Shown one piece after another: positions 13,801 through 29,800 of a stretch of 64,000 nt of DNA. Origin of the DNA: the human T2T-CHM13v2.0 reference genome, Homo sapiens; the NCBI RefSeq assembly GCF_009914755.1, contig NC_060937.1; one strand, written 5' to 3'. A program made the position numbers and the translations under genes. The number at the start of each line of letters is the position of its first letter. The first letter of the stretch is position 1. The notes below the pieces were generated by a model. It saw only the letters and a program-made list of their open reading frames with translations, had not been told where the DNA came from and ran no database searches.

Positions 13801-16800
13801 TATATACTGTACATAAAATATAAAATACCCCAAATATATATTCTATGCTGTACATAAAATATCAAAGTACACAAAATATGCATTATGTACTGTACATAAA
13901 TTATCAAAGGACCCAAAATATATATTATATAGTGTACATAAAATATCAAAATACCCAAAATATATATTATATACTGTACATAAAATACCAAAGTACCCAA
14001 AGTATATATTATATACTGTATAAAAAATATCAAAGTAGCCAAAATATGTATTATACACTGTACATAATATATGAAAGTACCCAAACATTTATAATAAACT
14101 GTACATAAAATATCAATGTACTCAAACTATATATTATGTGCGGTACTTAAGATATCAAAGTACCCATACTATATAGTATGTACTGTACTTAAAATATCAA
14201 AATACCCAAAATATATATTATATACGTTACATAAACTATCAAATACACAAAGTATGTATTACATACTGTACATAAAATAGCAAAGTTCCCAAAATATGTA
14301 TTATATACTGTACATAAAATATGAAAGTACCCAACCATTTATAATAACCTCTACATAAAATACCAAAGTACCCAAACTGTGTATTATATACTCTCCATAA
14401 AATATCAAAGTACCCAAAATATATATTGTCAACTGTACATAAAATATCAAAGTAGCCAAAATATATATAGTATACCGTACATAAAATATAAAAGTACCCC
14501 AAATATGTATTATATACTGTACATAAAATATCAAAGTACCGATAATACATATTATATAGTGTACATAAAATATCAGAGGACCCAAAATAAACATTATATA
14601 CTGTACATAAAATATCCAAATACTCAAAATATATATTACATACTGTACATAAAATATCAAAGTACCGAAATTATGTATTATATACTGTACATAAAATATC
14701 AGAGTACCCAAAATATGCATTATATACTGTACATAAAATATGAAAGTAAGAAAACATTTATAATAAACTGTACATAAAATATCAAAGTACTCAAACTATA
14801 TATCATATACTGTACATAAAATATCAAAGTACCCAAACTGTGTATTATTATATACTGTATATAAAATATCAAAGTACCTGAAATATATACTGTATACTGT
14901 ACATAAAATATCAAAGTACCCAAAATATATGCTATATACTGTACATAAAATATGAAGGTACATCAAATATATATTATATCCTGTACATAAAATATCAAAG
15001 TACACCTATTATATATTGTGTACTGTACATAATATATTAAATCGCCCAAATATATATTGTATACTGTATAAAAAATATGAAGGTACTTCAAATATATATT
15101 ATATGCTGCACATAAAATATCAAAGTACCCAAAGTATGCATTACATACTGTACATAAAATATCAAAGTACACATATTATCTATTATATAATGTACATAAA
15201 ATATGAAGGTTCATCAAATATATATTATATTCTGTACATAATATATCAAAGTACATCAAATATATATTATATACTGTACATAAAATATCAAAGTACCAAA
15301 AATATGTATTATATACTGTACATAAAACATGAAAGTAACCAAACATTTATAATAAACTGTACATAAAATATCAAAGTACTCAATCTACATATTATATACA
15401 GTATATAAAATATCAAAGTACACAAACTGTATATTATATACTGTACATAATATATCAAAGTACCCAGAATATATAGCATACTGTACTTAAAATATCAAAG
15501 TACCCAAAATATATATTGTATACTGTACATAAAATATGAAGGTACATCAAAGATATATTATATTCTGTACATAAAATATCAAACTACACCAAATATATAT
15601 TATATGCTGTACATAATATATTAAAGTTGCCCATATATACATTATATACTGTACATAAAATATGAACGTACATCAAATATATAGTATATGCTGCACATAA
15701 AATATCAAAGTACCCAAAGTATGTATTATACACTGTACATAAAATATCAAAGTACCAAAAGTATATATTACATACTGTAAATAAAATATGAAGGTACCTC
15801 AAATATATATTATATTCTGTACATAAAATATCAAAGTACACCAAGTATATACTATATACTCTGCATAAAATATTAAATTACCCAAAATATGTATTGCATT
15901 GTGTACATAAAATATGAAAGTAACCAAACATTTATAATAAACTGTACATAAAATATCAAAGTACTCAAACTGTATATTATATACTGTACATAAAGTATCA
16001 AAGTACCCAAACTGTGTAGTATATACTGTACATTAAATATCAAGGTACCCAAAATATATATTGTAAACTGTAGATAAAATATCAAAGTACCCAAAATATA
16101 TATTATATACTGTACATAAAATATGAAGGCACATCCAATATATACTATATTCTGTACATAAAATATCAAAGTACACCAAATGTATATTATATACTGTACA
16201 AAAAATATCAAAGTACCCAAAGTGTATATTATATACTGTACATAAAATATGAAGGTTCATCAAATATATTTTATATTCTGCACATAGTATATCAAACTAC
16301 AGCAAATATATATTATATACTGTACATAAAATATCAAAGTACCCAAAATATGTATTATATACTGTACATAAAATATGAAAGTAACCAAACATTTATAATA
16401 AACTGTACATAAAGTATCAAAGTACTCAAACTACATATTATATACAGTATATAAAATGTCAAAGTACCCAAACTGTATATTATATACTGTACATAATATA
16501 TCAAAGTACCCGAATATATAGCATACTGTACATAAAATATCAAGGTACCCAAAGTGTGTATTATACACTGCACATAAAATATGAAGGTACATAAAATATA
16601 TATTGTATTCTGTACATAAAATATCAAAGTACTCCAAATATATATTATATGCTGTACATAATATATTATAGTCGCCCAAATATATATTATATACTGTACA
16701 TAAAATATGAAGGTATATCAAATATATATTATATGCTGCACATAAAATATCAAAGTACCCAAAGTATGTGTTATATACTGTACATAAAATATCAAAGTAC

Positions 16801-19800
16801 CCAATGTATATATTATATACTGTACATAAAATATAAAATACCCCAAATATATATTATATGCTGTACATAAAATATCAAAGTACACAAAATATGTATTATA
16901 TACTGTACATAAAATACCAAAGGACCCAAAATATATATTATATACTGTACATAAAATATCAAAATACCCAAAATATATATTATATACTGTACATAAAATA
17001 CCAAAGTACCCAAAGTATATATTATATACCGTACAAAAAATATCAAAGTAGCCAAAATATGTATTATACACTGTACATAATATATGAAAGTACCCAAACA
17101 TTTATAATAAACTGTACATAAAATATCAATGTACTCAAACTATATATTATGTGCGGTACATAAGATATCAAAGTACCCATACTATATAGTATATACTGTA
17201 CTTAAAATATCAAAATACCCAAAATATATATTATATACGTTACATAAACTATCAAATACACAAAGTATGTATTATATACTGTACATAAAATAGAAAAGTT
17301 CCCAAAATATGTATTATATATATTATAAATATGTACATAAAATATGAAAGTACCCAACCATTTATAATAAACTCTACATAAAACAACAAAGTACCCAAAC
17401 TGTGTATTATATACTGTCCATAAAATATCAAAGTACCCAAAATATATATTGTAAACTCTACATAAAATATAAAAGTAGCCAAAATACATATTGTATACTG
17501 TACATAAAATATAAAAGTACCCCAAATATATATTATATACTGTACATAAAATATCAAAGTACCCATAATACATATTATATACTGTACATAAAATATCAAA
17601 GGACCCAAAATAAACATTATATACTGTACATAAAATATCCAAATACTCAAAATATATATTACATACTGTACATAAAATATCAAAGTACCCAAATTATGTA
17701 CTATATACTGTACGTAAAATATCAGAGTACCCAAAATATGCATTATATACTGTACATAAAATATGAAAGTAACAAAACATTTATAATAAACTGTACATAA
17801 AATATCAAAGTACTCAAACTATATATCATATACTGTACATAAAATATCAAAGTACCCAAACTGTGTATTATTATATACTGTATATAAAATATCAAAGTAC
17901 CTGAAATATATATTGTATACTGTACATAAAATATCAAAGTACACAAAATATGTACTATATACTGTACATAAAATATGAAGGTACATCAAATATATATTAT
18001 ATCCTGTACATAAAATATCAAAGTACACCTATTATATATTGTGTACTGTACATAATATATTAAATCGCCCAAATATATATTGTATACTGTATATAAAATA
18101 TGAAGGTACTTCAAATATATATTATATGCTGCACATAAAATATCAAAGTACCCAAGGTATGCATTACATACTGTACATAAAATATCAAAGTACACAAATT
18201 ATATATTATATACTGTACATAAAATATGTAGGTTCATCAAGTATATTTTATATTCTGTACATAATATATCAAAGTACATCAAATATATATTATATACGGT
18301 ACATAAAATATCAAATTACCCAAAATATATATTATTTACTGTACATAAAATATGAAAGTAACCAAACATTTATAATAAACTGTACATAAATTATCAAAGT
18401 ACTCAATCTACATATTATATACGGTATATAAAATATCAAAGTACACAAACTCGATATTATATACTGTACATAATATGTCAAAGTACCCAGAATATATAGC
18501 ATACTGTACATACAATATCAAAGTACCCAGAATGTATATTGTATACTGTACATAAAATATGAAGGTACATCAAAGATATATTATATTCTGTACATAAAAT
18601 ATCAAAGTACACCAAATATATATTATATGCTGTACATAATATATTAAAGTTGCCCATGTATACATTTTATACTGTACATAAAATATGAAGGTACATCAAA
18701 TATATAGTATATGCTGCACATAAAATATCAAAGTACCCAAAGTATGTATTATATACTGTACATAAAATATCAAAGTACCAAAAGTATATATTACCTACTG
18801 TAAATAAAATATGAAGATACCTCAAATATATATTATATTCTGTACATGAAATATCAAAGTACACCAAGTATATACTATATACTCTACATAAAATATTAAA
18901 TTACCCAAAATATGTATTGTATTGTGTACATAAAATATGAAAATAACCAAACATTTATAATAAACTGTACATAAAATATCAAAGTACTCAAACTTTATAT
19001 TATATACTGTACATAAAGTATCAAAGTACCCAAACTGTGTAGTATATACTGTACATAAAATATCAAGGTACCCAAAATGTATATTGTAAACTGTAGATAA
19101 AATATCAAAGTACCCAAAATATATATTATATACTGTACATAAAATATGAAGGCACATCCAATATATATTATATTCTGTACATAAAATATCAAAGTACACC
19201 AAATGTATATTATATACTGTACATAAAATATAAAACTACCCCAAATATATCTTATATACTCTACATAAAATATCTAAGTACCCAAAATATATATTATATA
19301 CTGTACATAATATATCAAAGTACCCATAGTATGTATTATATCCTGTACATAAAATATGAAAGTACGTCAAATATATATTCTATTCTGCACATAAAATATC
19401 ATATTGCACCAAATATATATTGTATACTGTATATAAAATATGAAGGTACTTCAAATATATATTATATGCTGCACATAAAATATCAAAGTACCCAAAGTAT
19501 GCATTATATACTGTACATAAAATATCAAAGTACCCAAAGTGTATATTATATACTGTACATAAAATATGAAGGTTCATCAAATATATTTTATATTCTGCAC
19601 ATAATATATCAAAGTACAGCAAATATATATTATATACTGTACATAAAATAACAAAGTAACAAAAATATGTATTATATACTGTACATAAAATATGAAAGTA
19701 ACCAAATATTTATAATAAACTGTATATAAAATATCAAAGAACTCAAACTACATATTATATACAGTATATAAAATATCAAAGTACCCAAACTATATATTAT

Positions 19801-22800
19801 ATACTGTACATACTATATCAAAGTACCCGAATATATAGCATACTGTACATAAAATATCAAATTACCCAAAATATATATTGTATACTGTACATAAAATATG
19901 AAGGTACATCAAAGATATATTATATTCTGTACATAAAATATCAAAGTACACCAAATATATATTATATCCTGTACAGAATATATTAAAGTCGACCAAATGT
20001 ATATTATATACTGTACATAAAATATGAAGGTACATCAAATATATATTATATGCTGCACATAAAATATCAAAGTACCCAAAGTATGTGTTATATACTGTAC
20101 ATAAAATATCAAAGTACCCAAAGTATATATTATATACTGTACATAAAATATAAAATACCCCAAATATATATTATATGCTGTACATAAAATATCAAAGTAC
20201 ACAAAATATGCATAATGTACTGTACATAAATTATCAAAGGACCCAAAATATATATTATATAGTGTACATAAAATATCAAAATACCCAAAATATATATTAT
20301 ATACTGTACATAAAATACCAAAGTACCCAAAGTATATATTATATACTGTATAAAAAATATCAAAGTAGCCAAAATATGTATTATACACTGTACATAATAT
20401 ATGAAAGTACCCAAACATTTATAATAAACTGTACATAAAATATCAATGTACTCAAACTATATATTATGTGCGGTACTTAAGATATCAAAGTACCCATACT
20501 ATATAGTATGTACTGTACTTAAAATATCAAAATACCCAAAATATATATTATATACGTTACATAAACTATCAAATACACAAAGTATGTATTACATACTGTA
20601 CATAAAATAGCAAAGTTCCCAAAATATGTATTATATACTGTACATAAAATATGAAAGTACCCAACCATTTATAATAAACTCTACATAAAATACCAAAGTA
20701 CCCAAACTGTGTATTATATACTCTCCATAAAATATCAAAGTACCCAAAATATATATTGTCAACTGTACATGAAATATCAAAGTAGCCAAAATATATATAG
20801 TATACCGTACATAAAATATAAAAGTACCCCAAATATGTATTATATACTGTACATAAAATATCAAAGTACCGATAATACATATTATATAGTGTACATAAAA
20901 TATCAGAGGACCCAAAATAAACATTATATACTGTACATAAAATATCCAAATACTCAAAATATATATTACATACTATACATAAAATATCAAAGTACCCAAA
21001 TTATGTATTATATACTGTACATAAAATATCAGAGTACCCAAAATATGCATTATATACTGTACATAAAATATGAAAGTAACAAAACATTTATAATAAACTG
21101 TACATAAAATATCAAAGTACTCAAACTATATATCATATACTGTACATAAAATATCAAAGTACCCAAACTGTGTATTATTATATACTGTATATAAAATATC
21201 AAAATACCTGAAATATATACTGTATACTGTACATAAAATATCAAAGTACCCAAAATATATACTGTATACTGTACATAAAATATGAAGGTACATCAAATAT
21301 ATATTGTATCCTGTACATAAAATATCAAAGTACACCTATTATATATTGTGTACTGTACATAATATATTAAATCGCCCAAATATATATTGTATACTGTATA
21401 TAAAATATGAAGGTACTTCAAATATATATTATATGCTGCACATAAAATATCAAAGTACCCAAAGTATGCATTACATACTGTACATAAAATATCAAAGTAC
21501 CCAAAGTGTATATTATATACTGTACATAAAATATGAAGGTTCATCAAATATATTTTATATTCTGCACAAAATATATCAAAGTACAGCAAATATATATTAT
21601 ATACTGTACATAAAATAACAAAGTACCAAAAACATGTATTATATACTGTACATAAAATATGAAAGTAACCAAATATTTATGATAAACTGTATATGAAATA
21701 TCAAAGTACTCAAACTACATATTATATACAGTATATAAAATATCAAAGTACCCAAACTGTATATTATATACTGTACATACTATATCAAAGTACCCGAATA
21801 TATAGCATACTGTACATAAAATATCAAAGTACCCAAAATATATATTGTATACTGTACATAAAATATGAAGGTACATCTAAGATATATTATATTCTGTACA
21901 TAAAATATCAAATTACACCAAATATATATTATATGCTGTACATAATATATTAAAGTCGACCAAATATATATTATATACTGTACATAAAATATGAAGATAC
22001 ATCAAATATATATTATATGCTGCACATAAAATATCAAAGTACCCAAAGTATGTATTATACACTGTACATAAAATATCAAAGTACCAAAAGTATATATTAC
22101 ATACTGTAAATAAAATATGAAGGTACCTCAAATATATATTATATTCTGTACATAAAATATCAAAGTACACCAAGTATATACTATATACTCTGCATAAAAT
22201 ATTAAATTACCCAAAATATGTATTGTATTGTGTACATAAAATATGAAAGTAACCAAACATTTATAATAAACTGTACATAAAATATCAAAGTACTCAAACT
22301 GTATATTATATACTGTACATAAAATATCAAAGCACCCAAACTGTGTAGTATATACTGTACATAAATTATCAAGGTACCCAAAATATATATTGTAAACTGT
22401 AGATAAAATATCAAAATACCCAAACTATATATTATATACTGTACATAAAATATGAAGGCACATCAAATATATATTATATTCTGTACATAAAATATCAAAA
22501 TACACCAAATGTATATTATATACTGTACATAAAATATCAAAGTACCCAAAGTGTATATTATATACTGTACATAAAATATGAAGGTTCATCAAATATATTT
22601 TATATTCTGCACATAATATATCAAAGTACAGCAAATATATATTATATACTGTACATAAAATATCAAAGTACCCAAAATATGTATTATATACTGTACATAA
22701 AATATGAAAGTAACCAAACATTTATAATAAACTGTACATAAAGTAACAAAGTACTCAAACTACATATTATATACAGTATATAAAATGTCAAAGTACCCAA

Positions 22801-25800
22801 ACTGTATATTATATACTGTACATAATATATCAAAGTACCCGAATATATAGCATACTGTACATAAAATATCAAAGTACCCAAAGTGTGTATTATACACTGC
22901 ACATAAAATATGAAGGTACATAAAATATATATTGTATTCTGTACATAAAATATCAAAGTACTCCAAATATATATTATATGCTGTACATAATATATTAAAG
23001 TCGCCCAAATATATATTATATACTGTACATAAAATATGAAGGTACATCAAATATATATTATATGCTGCACATAAAATATCAAAGTACCCAAAGTATGTGT
23101 TATATACTGTACATAAAATATCAAAGTACCCAAAGTATATATTATATACTGTACATAAAATATAAAATACCCCAAATATATATTATATGCTCTACATAAA
23201 ATATCAAAGTACACAAAATATGTATTATATACTGTACATAAAATACCAAAGGACCCAAAATATATATTATATACTGTACATAAAATATCAAAATACCCAA
23301 AATATATATTATATACTGTACATAAAATACCAAAGTACCCAAAGTATATATTATATACCGTACAAAAAATATCAAAGTAGCCAAAATATGTATTATACAC
23401 TGTACATAATATATGAAAGTACCCAAACATTTATAATAAACTGTACATAAAATATCAATGTACTCAAACTATATATTATGTGCGCTACATAAGATATCAA
23501 AGTACCCATACTATATAGTATATACTGTACTTAAAATATCAAAATACCCAAAATATATATTATATACGTTACATAAACTATCAAATACACAAAGTATGTA
23601 TTATATACTGTACATAAAATAGCAAAGTTCCCAAAATATGTATTATATACTGTACATAAAATATGAAAGTACCCAACCATTTATAATAAAGTCTACATAA
23701 AATACCAAAGTACCCAAACTGTGTATTATATACTGTCCATAAAATATCAAAGTGCCCAAAATATATATCGTAAACTCTACATAAAATATCAAAGTAGCCA
23801 AAATACATATTGTATACTGTACATAAAATATAAAAGTACCCCAAATATATATTATATACTGTACATAAAATATCAAAGTACCCATAATACATATTATATA
23901 CTGTACATAAAATATCAAAGGACCCAAAATAAACATTATATACTGTACATAAAATATCCAAATACTCAAAATATATATTACATACTGTACATAAAATATC
24001 AAAGTACCCAAATTATGTATTATATACTGTACGTAAAATATCAGAGTACCCAAAATATGCATTATATACTGTACATAAAATATGAAAGTAACAAAACATT
24101 TATAATAAACTGTACATAAAATATCAAAGTACTCAAACTATATATCATATACTGTACATAAAATATCAAAGTACCCAAACTGTGTATTATTACATACTGT
24201 ATATAAAATATCAAAGTACCTGAAATATATATTTTATACTGTACATAAAATATCAAAGTACCCAAAATATATACTATATACTGTACATAAAATATGAAGG
24301 TACATCAAATATATATTATATCCTGTACATAAAATATCAAAGTACTCCTATTATATATTGTGTACTGTACATAATATATTAAATCGCCCAAATATATATT
24401 GTATACTGTATATAAAATATGAAGGTACTTCAAATATATATTATATGCTGCACATAAAATATCAAAGTACCCAAAGTATGCATTACATACTGTACATAAA
24501 ATATCAAAGTACACAAATTATATATTACATTCTGTACATAAAATATGTAGGTTCATCAAATATATTTTATATTCTGTACATAATATATCAAAGTACATCA
24601 AATATATATTATATACGGTACATAAAATATCAAAGTACCCAAAATATGTACTATTTACTGTACATAAAATATGAAAGTAACCAAACTTTTATAATAAACT
24701 GTACATAAAATATCAAAGTACTCAATCTACATATTATATACAGTATATAAAATATCAAAGTACACAAACTGTATATTATATACTGTACATAATATATCAA
24801 AGTACCCAGAATATATAGCATACTGTACATACAATATCAAAGTACCCACAATGTATATTGTATACTGTACATAAAATATGAAGGTACATCAAAGATATAT
24901 TATATTCTGTACATAAAATGTCAAAGTACACCAAATATATATTATATGCTGTACATAATATATTAAAGTTGCCCATGTATACATTTTATATTGTACATAA
25001 AATATGAAGGTACATCAAATATATAGTATATGCTGCACATAAAATATCAAAGTACCCAAAGTATGTATTATATACTCTACATAAAATATCAAAGTACCAA
25101 AAGTATATATTACCTACTGTAAATAAAATATGAAGATACCTCAAATATATATTATATTCTGTACATGAAATATCAAATTACACCAAGTATATACTATATA
25201 CTCTACATAAAATATTAAATTACCCAAAATATGTATTGTATTGTGTACATAAAATATGAAAGTAACCAAACATTTATAATAAACTGTACATAAAATATCA
25301 AAGTACTCAAACTTTATATTATATACTGTACATAAAGTATCAAAGTACCCAAACTGTGTAGTATATACTGTACATAAAATATCAAGTTACCCAAAATGTA
25401 TATTGTAAACTGTAGATAAAATATCAAAGTACCCAAAATATATATTATATACTGTACATAAAATATGAAGGCACATCCAATATATACTATATTCTGTACA
25501 TAAAATATCAAAGTACACCAAATGTATATTATATACTGTACATAAAATATAAAACTACCCCAAATATATCTTATATACTCTACATAAAATATCAAAGTAC
25601 CCAAAATATATATTATATACTGTACATAATATATCAAAGTACCCATAGTATGTATTATATCCTGTACATAAAATATGAAAGTACGTCAAATATATATTCT
25701 ATTCTGCACATAAAATATCATATTGCACCAAATATATATTGTATACTGTATATAAAATATGAAGGTACTTCAAATATATATTATATGCTGCACATAAAAT

Positions 25801-26871
25801 ATCAAAGTACCCAAAGTATGCATTATATACTGTACATAAAATATCAAAGTACCCAAAGTGTATATTATATACTGTACATAAAATATGAAGGTTCATCAAA
25901 TATATTTTATATTCTACACATAATATATCAAAGTACAGCAAATATATATTATATACTGTACATAAAATAACAAAGTAACAAAAATATGTATTATATACTG
26001 TACATAAAATATGAAAGTAACCAAATATATATAATAAACTGTATATAAAATATCAAAGTACTCAAACTACATATTATATACAGTATATAAAATATCAAAG
26101 TACCCAAACTATATATTATATACTGTACATACTATATCAAAGTACCCGAATATATAGCATACTGTACATAAAATATCAAATTACCCAAAATATATATTGT
26201 ATACTGTACATAAAATATGAAGGTACATCAAAGATATATTATATTCTGTACATAAAATATCAAAGTACACAAAATATATATTATATGCTGTACAGAATAT
26301 ATTAAAATCGACCAAATGTATATTATATACTGTACATAAAATATGAAGGTACATCAAATATATATTATATGCTGCACATAAAATATCAAAGTACCCAAAA
26401 TATGTGTTATATACTGTACATAAAATATCAAAGTACCCAAAGTATATATTATATACTGTACATAAAATATAAAATACCCCAAATATATATTATATGCTGT
26501 ACATAAAATATCAAAGTACACAAAATATGCATTATGTACTGTACATAAATTATCAAAGGACCCAAAATATATATTATATAATGTACATAAAATATCAAAA
26601 TACCCAAAATATATATTATATACTGTACATAAAATACCAAAGTACCCAAAGTATATATTATATACTGTACAAAAAATATCAAAGTAGCCAAAATATGTAT
26701 TATACACTGTACATAATATATGAAAGTACCCAAATATTTATAATAAACTGTACATAAAATATCAATGTACTCAAACTATATATTATGTGCGGTACTTAAG
26801 ATATCAAAGTACCCATACTATATAGTATGTACTGTACTTAAAATATCAAAATACCCAAAATATATATTATA

Positions 26872-29800
26872 TACGTTACATAAACTATCAAATACACAAA
26901 GTATGTATTACATACTGTACATAAAATAGCAAAGTTCCCAAAATATGTATTATATACTGTACATAAAATATGAAAGTACCCAACCATTTATAATAAACTC
27001 TACATAAAATACCAAAGTACCCAAACTGTGTATTATATACTCTCCATAAAATATCAAAGTACCCAAAATATATATTGTCAACTGTACATAAAATATCAAA
27101 GTACTCAATCTACATATTATATACAGTATATAAAATATCAAAGTACACAAACTGTATATTATATACTGTACATAATATATCAAAGTACCCAGAATATATA
27201 GCATACTGTACTTAAAATATCAAAGTACCCAAAATATATATTGTATACTGTACATAAAATATGAAGGTACATCAAAGATATATTATATTCTGTACATAAA
27301 ATATCAAAGTACACCAAATATATATTATATGCTGTACATAATATATTAAAGTTGCCCATATATACATTATATACTGTACATAAAATATGAACGTACATCA
27401 AATATATAGTATATGCTGCACATAAAATATCAAAGTACCCAAAGTATGTATTATACACTGTACATAAAATATCAAAGTACCAAAAGTATATATTACATAC
27501 TGTAAATAAAATATGAAGGTACCTCAAATATATATTATATTCTGTACATAAAATATCAAAGTACACCAAGTATATACTATATACTCTGCATAAAATATTA
27601 AATTACCCAAAATATGTATTGCATTGTGTACATAAAATATGAAAGTAACCAAACATTTATAATAAACTGTACATAAAATATCAAAGTACTCAAACTGTAT
27701 ATTATATACTGTACATAAAGTATCAAAGTACCCAAACTGTGTAGTATATACTGTACATAAAATATCAAGGTACCCAAAATATATATTGTAAACTGTAGAT
27801 AAAATATCAAAGTACCCAAAATATATATTATATACTGTACATAAAATATGAAGGCACATCCAATATATATTATATTCTGTACATAAAATATCAAAGTACA
27901 CCAAATGTATATTATATACTGTACATAAAATATCAAAGTACCCAAAGTGTATATTATATACTGTACATAAACTATGAAGGTTCATCAAATATATTTTATA
28001 TTCTGCACATAATACATCAAAGTACAGCAAATATATATTATATACTGTACATAAAATATCAAAGTACCCAAAATATGTATTATATACTGTACATAAAATA
28101 TGAAAGTAACCAAACATTTATAATAAAATGTACATAAAGTATCAAAGTACTCAAACTACATATTATATACAGTATATAAAATGTCAAAGTACCCAAACTG
28201 TATATTATATACTGTACATAATATATCAAAGTACCCGAATATATAGCATACTGTACATAAAATATCAAAGTACCCAAAGTGTGTATTATACACTGCACAT
28301 AAAATATGAAGGTACATAAAATATATATTGTATTCTGTACATAAAATATCAAAGTACTCCAAATATATATTATATGCTGTACATAATATATTAAAGTCGC
28401 CCAAATATATATTATATACTGTACATAAAATATGAAGGTACATCAAATATATATTATATGCTGCACATAAAATATCAAAGTACCCAAAGTATGTGTTATA
28501 TACTGTACATAAAATATCAAAGTACCCAAAGTATATATTATATACTGTACATAAAATATAAAATACCCCAAATATATATTATATGCTATACATAAAATAT
28601 CAAAGTACACAAAATATGTATTATATACTGTACATAAAATACCAAAGGACCCAAAATATATATTATATTCTGTACATAAAATATCAAAATACCCAAAATA
28701 TATATTATATACTGTACATAAAATACCAAAGTACCCAAAGTATATATTATATACCGTACAAAAAATATCAAAGTAGCCAAAATATGTATTATACACTGTA
28801 CATAATATATGAAACTACCCAAACATTTATAATAAACTGTACATAAAATATCAATGTACTCAAACTATATATTATGTGCGGTACATAAGATATCAAATTA
28901 CCCATACTATATAGTATATACTGTACTTAAAATATCAAAATACCCAAAATATATATTATATACGTTACATAAACTATCAAATACACAAAGTATGTATTAT
29001 ATACTGTACATAAAATAGAAAAGTTCCCAAAATATGTATTATATATATTATAAATATGTACATAAAATATGAAAGTACCCATCCATTTATAATAAACTCT
29101 ACATAAAACACCAATGTACCCAAACTGTGTATTATATACTGTCCATAAAATATCAAAGTACCCAAAATATATATTTTAAACTCTACATAAAATATCAAAG
29201 TAGCCAAAATACATATTGTATACTGTACATAAAATATAAAAGTACCCCAAATATATATTATATACTGTACATAAAATATCAAAGTACCCATAATACATAT
29301 TATATACTGTACATAAAATATCAAAGGACCCAAAATAAACATTATATACTGTACATAAAATATCCAAATACTCAAAATATATATTACATACTGTACATAA
29401 AATATCAAAGTACCCAAATTATGTATTATATACTGTACGTAAAATATCAGAGTACCCAAAATATGCATTATATACTGTACATAAAATATGAAAGTAACAA
29501 AACATTTATAATAAACTGTACATAAAATATCAAAGTACTCAAACTATATATCATATACTGTACATAAAATATCAAAGTACCCAAACTGTGTATTATTATA
29601 AACTGTATATAAAATATCAAAGTACCTGAAATATATATTGTATACTGTACATAAAATATCAAAGTACACAAAATATATACTATATACTGTACATAAAATA
29701 TGAAGGTACATCAAATATATATTATATCCTGTACATAAAATATCAAAGCACACCTATTATATATTGTTTACTGTACATAATATATTAAATCGCCCAAATA

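Larger units (their letters stand above)
1574..26871 (+). repeat. Regular S+L dimeric higher-order repeat, ~6.32-6.33 kb (151 monomers), four tandem copies
   Basis: Marker spacings are 3013, 3307, 3012, 3317, 3013, 3317, 3012, 3307, giving dimers of 6320, 6329, 6330 and 6319 bp. ORF-track peptides recur at the same offsets (e.g. 6672, 13001, 19331, 25650). Confidence 0.9.
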
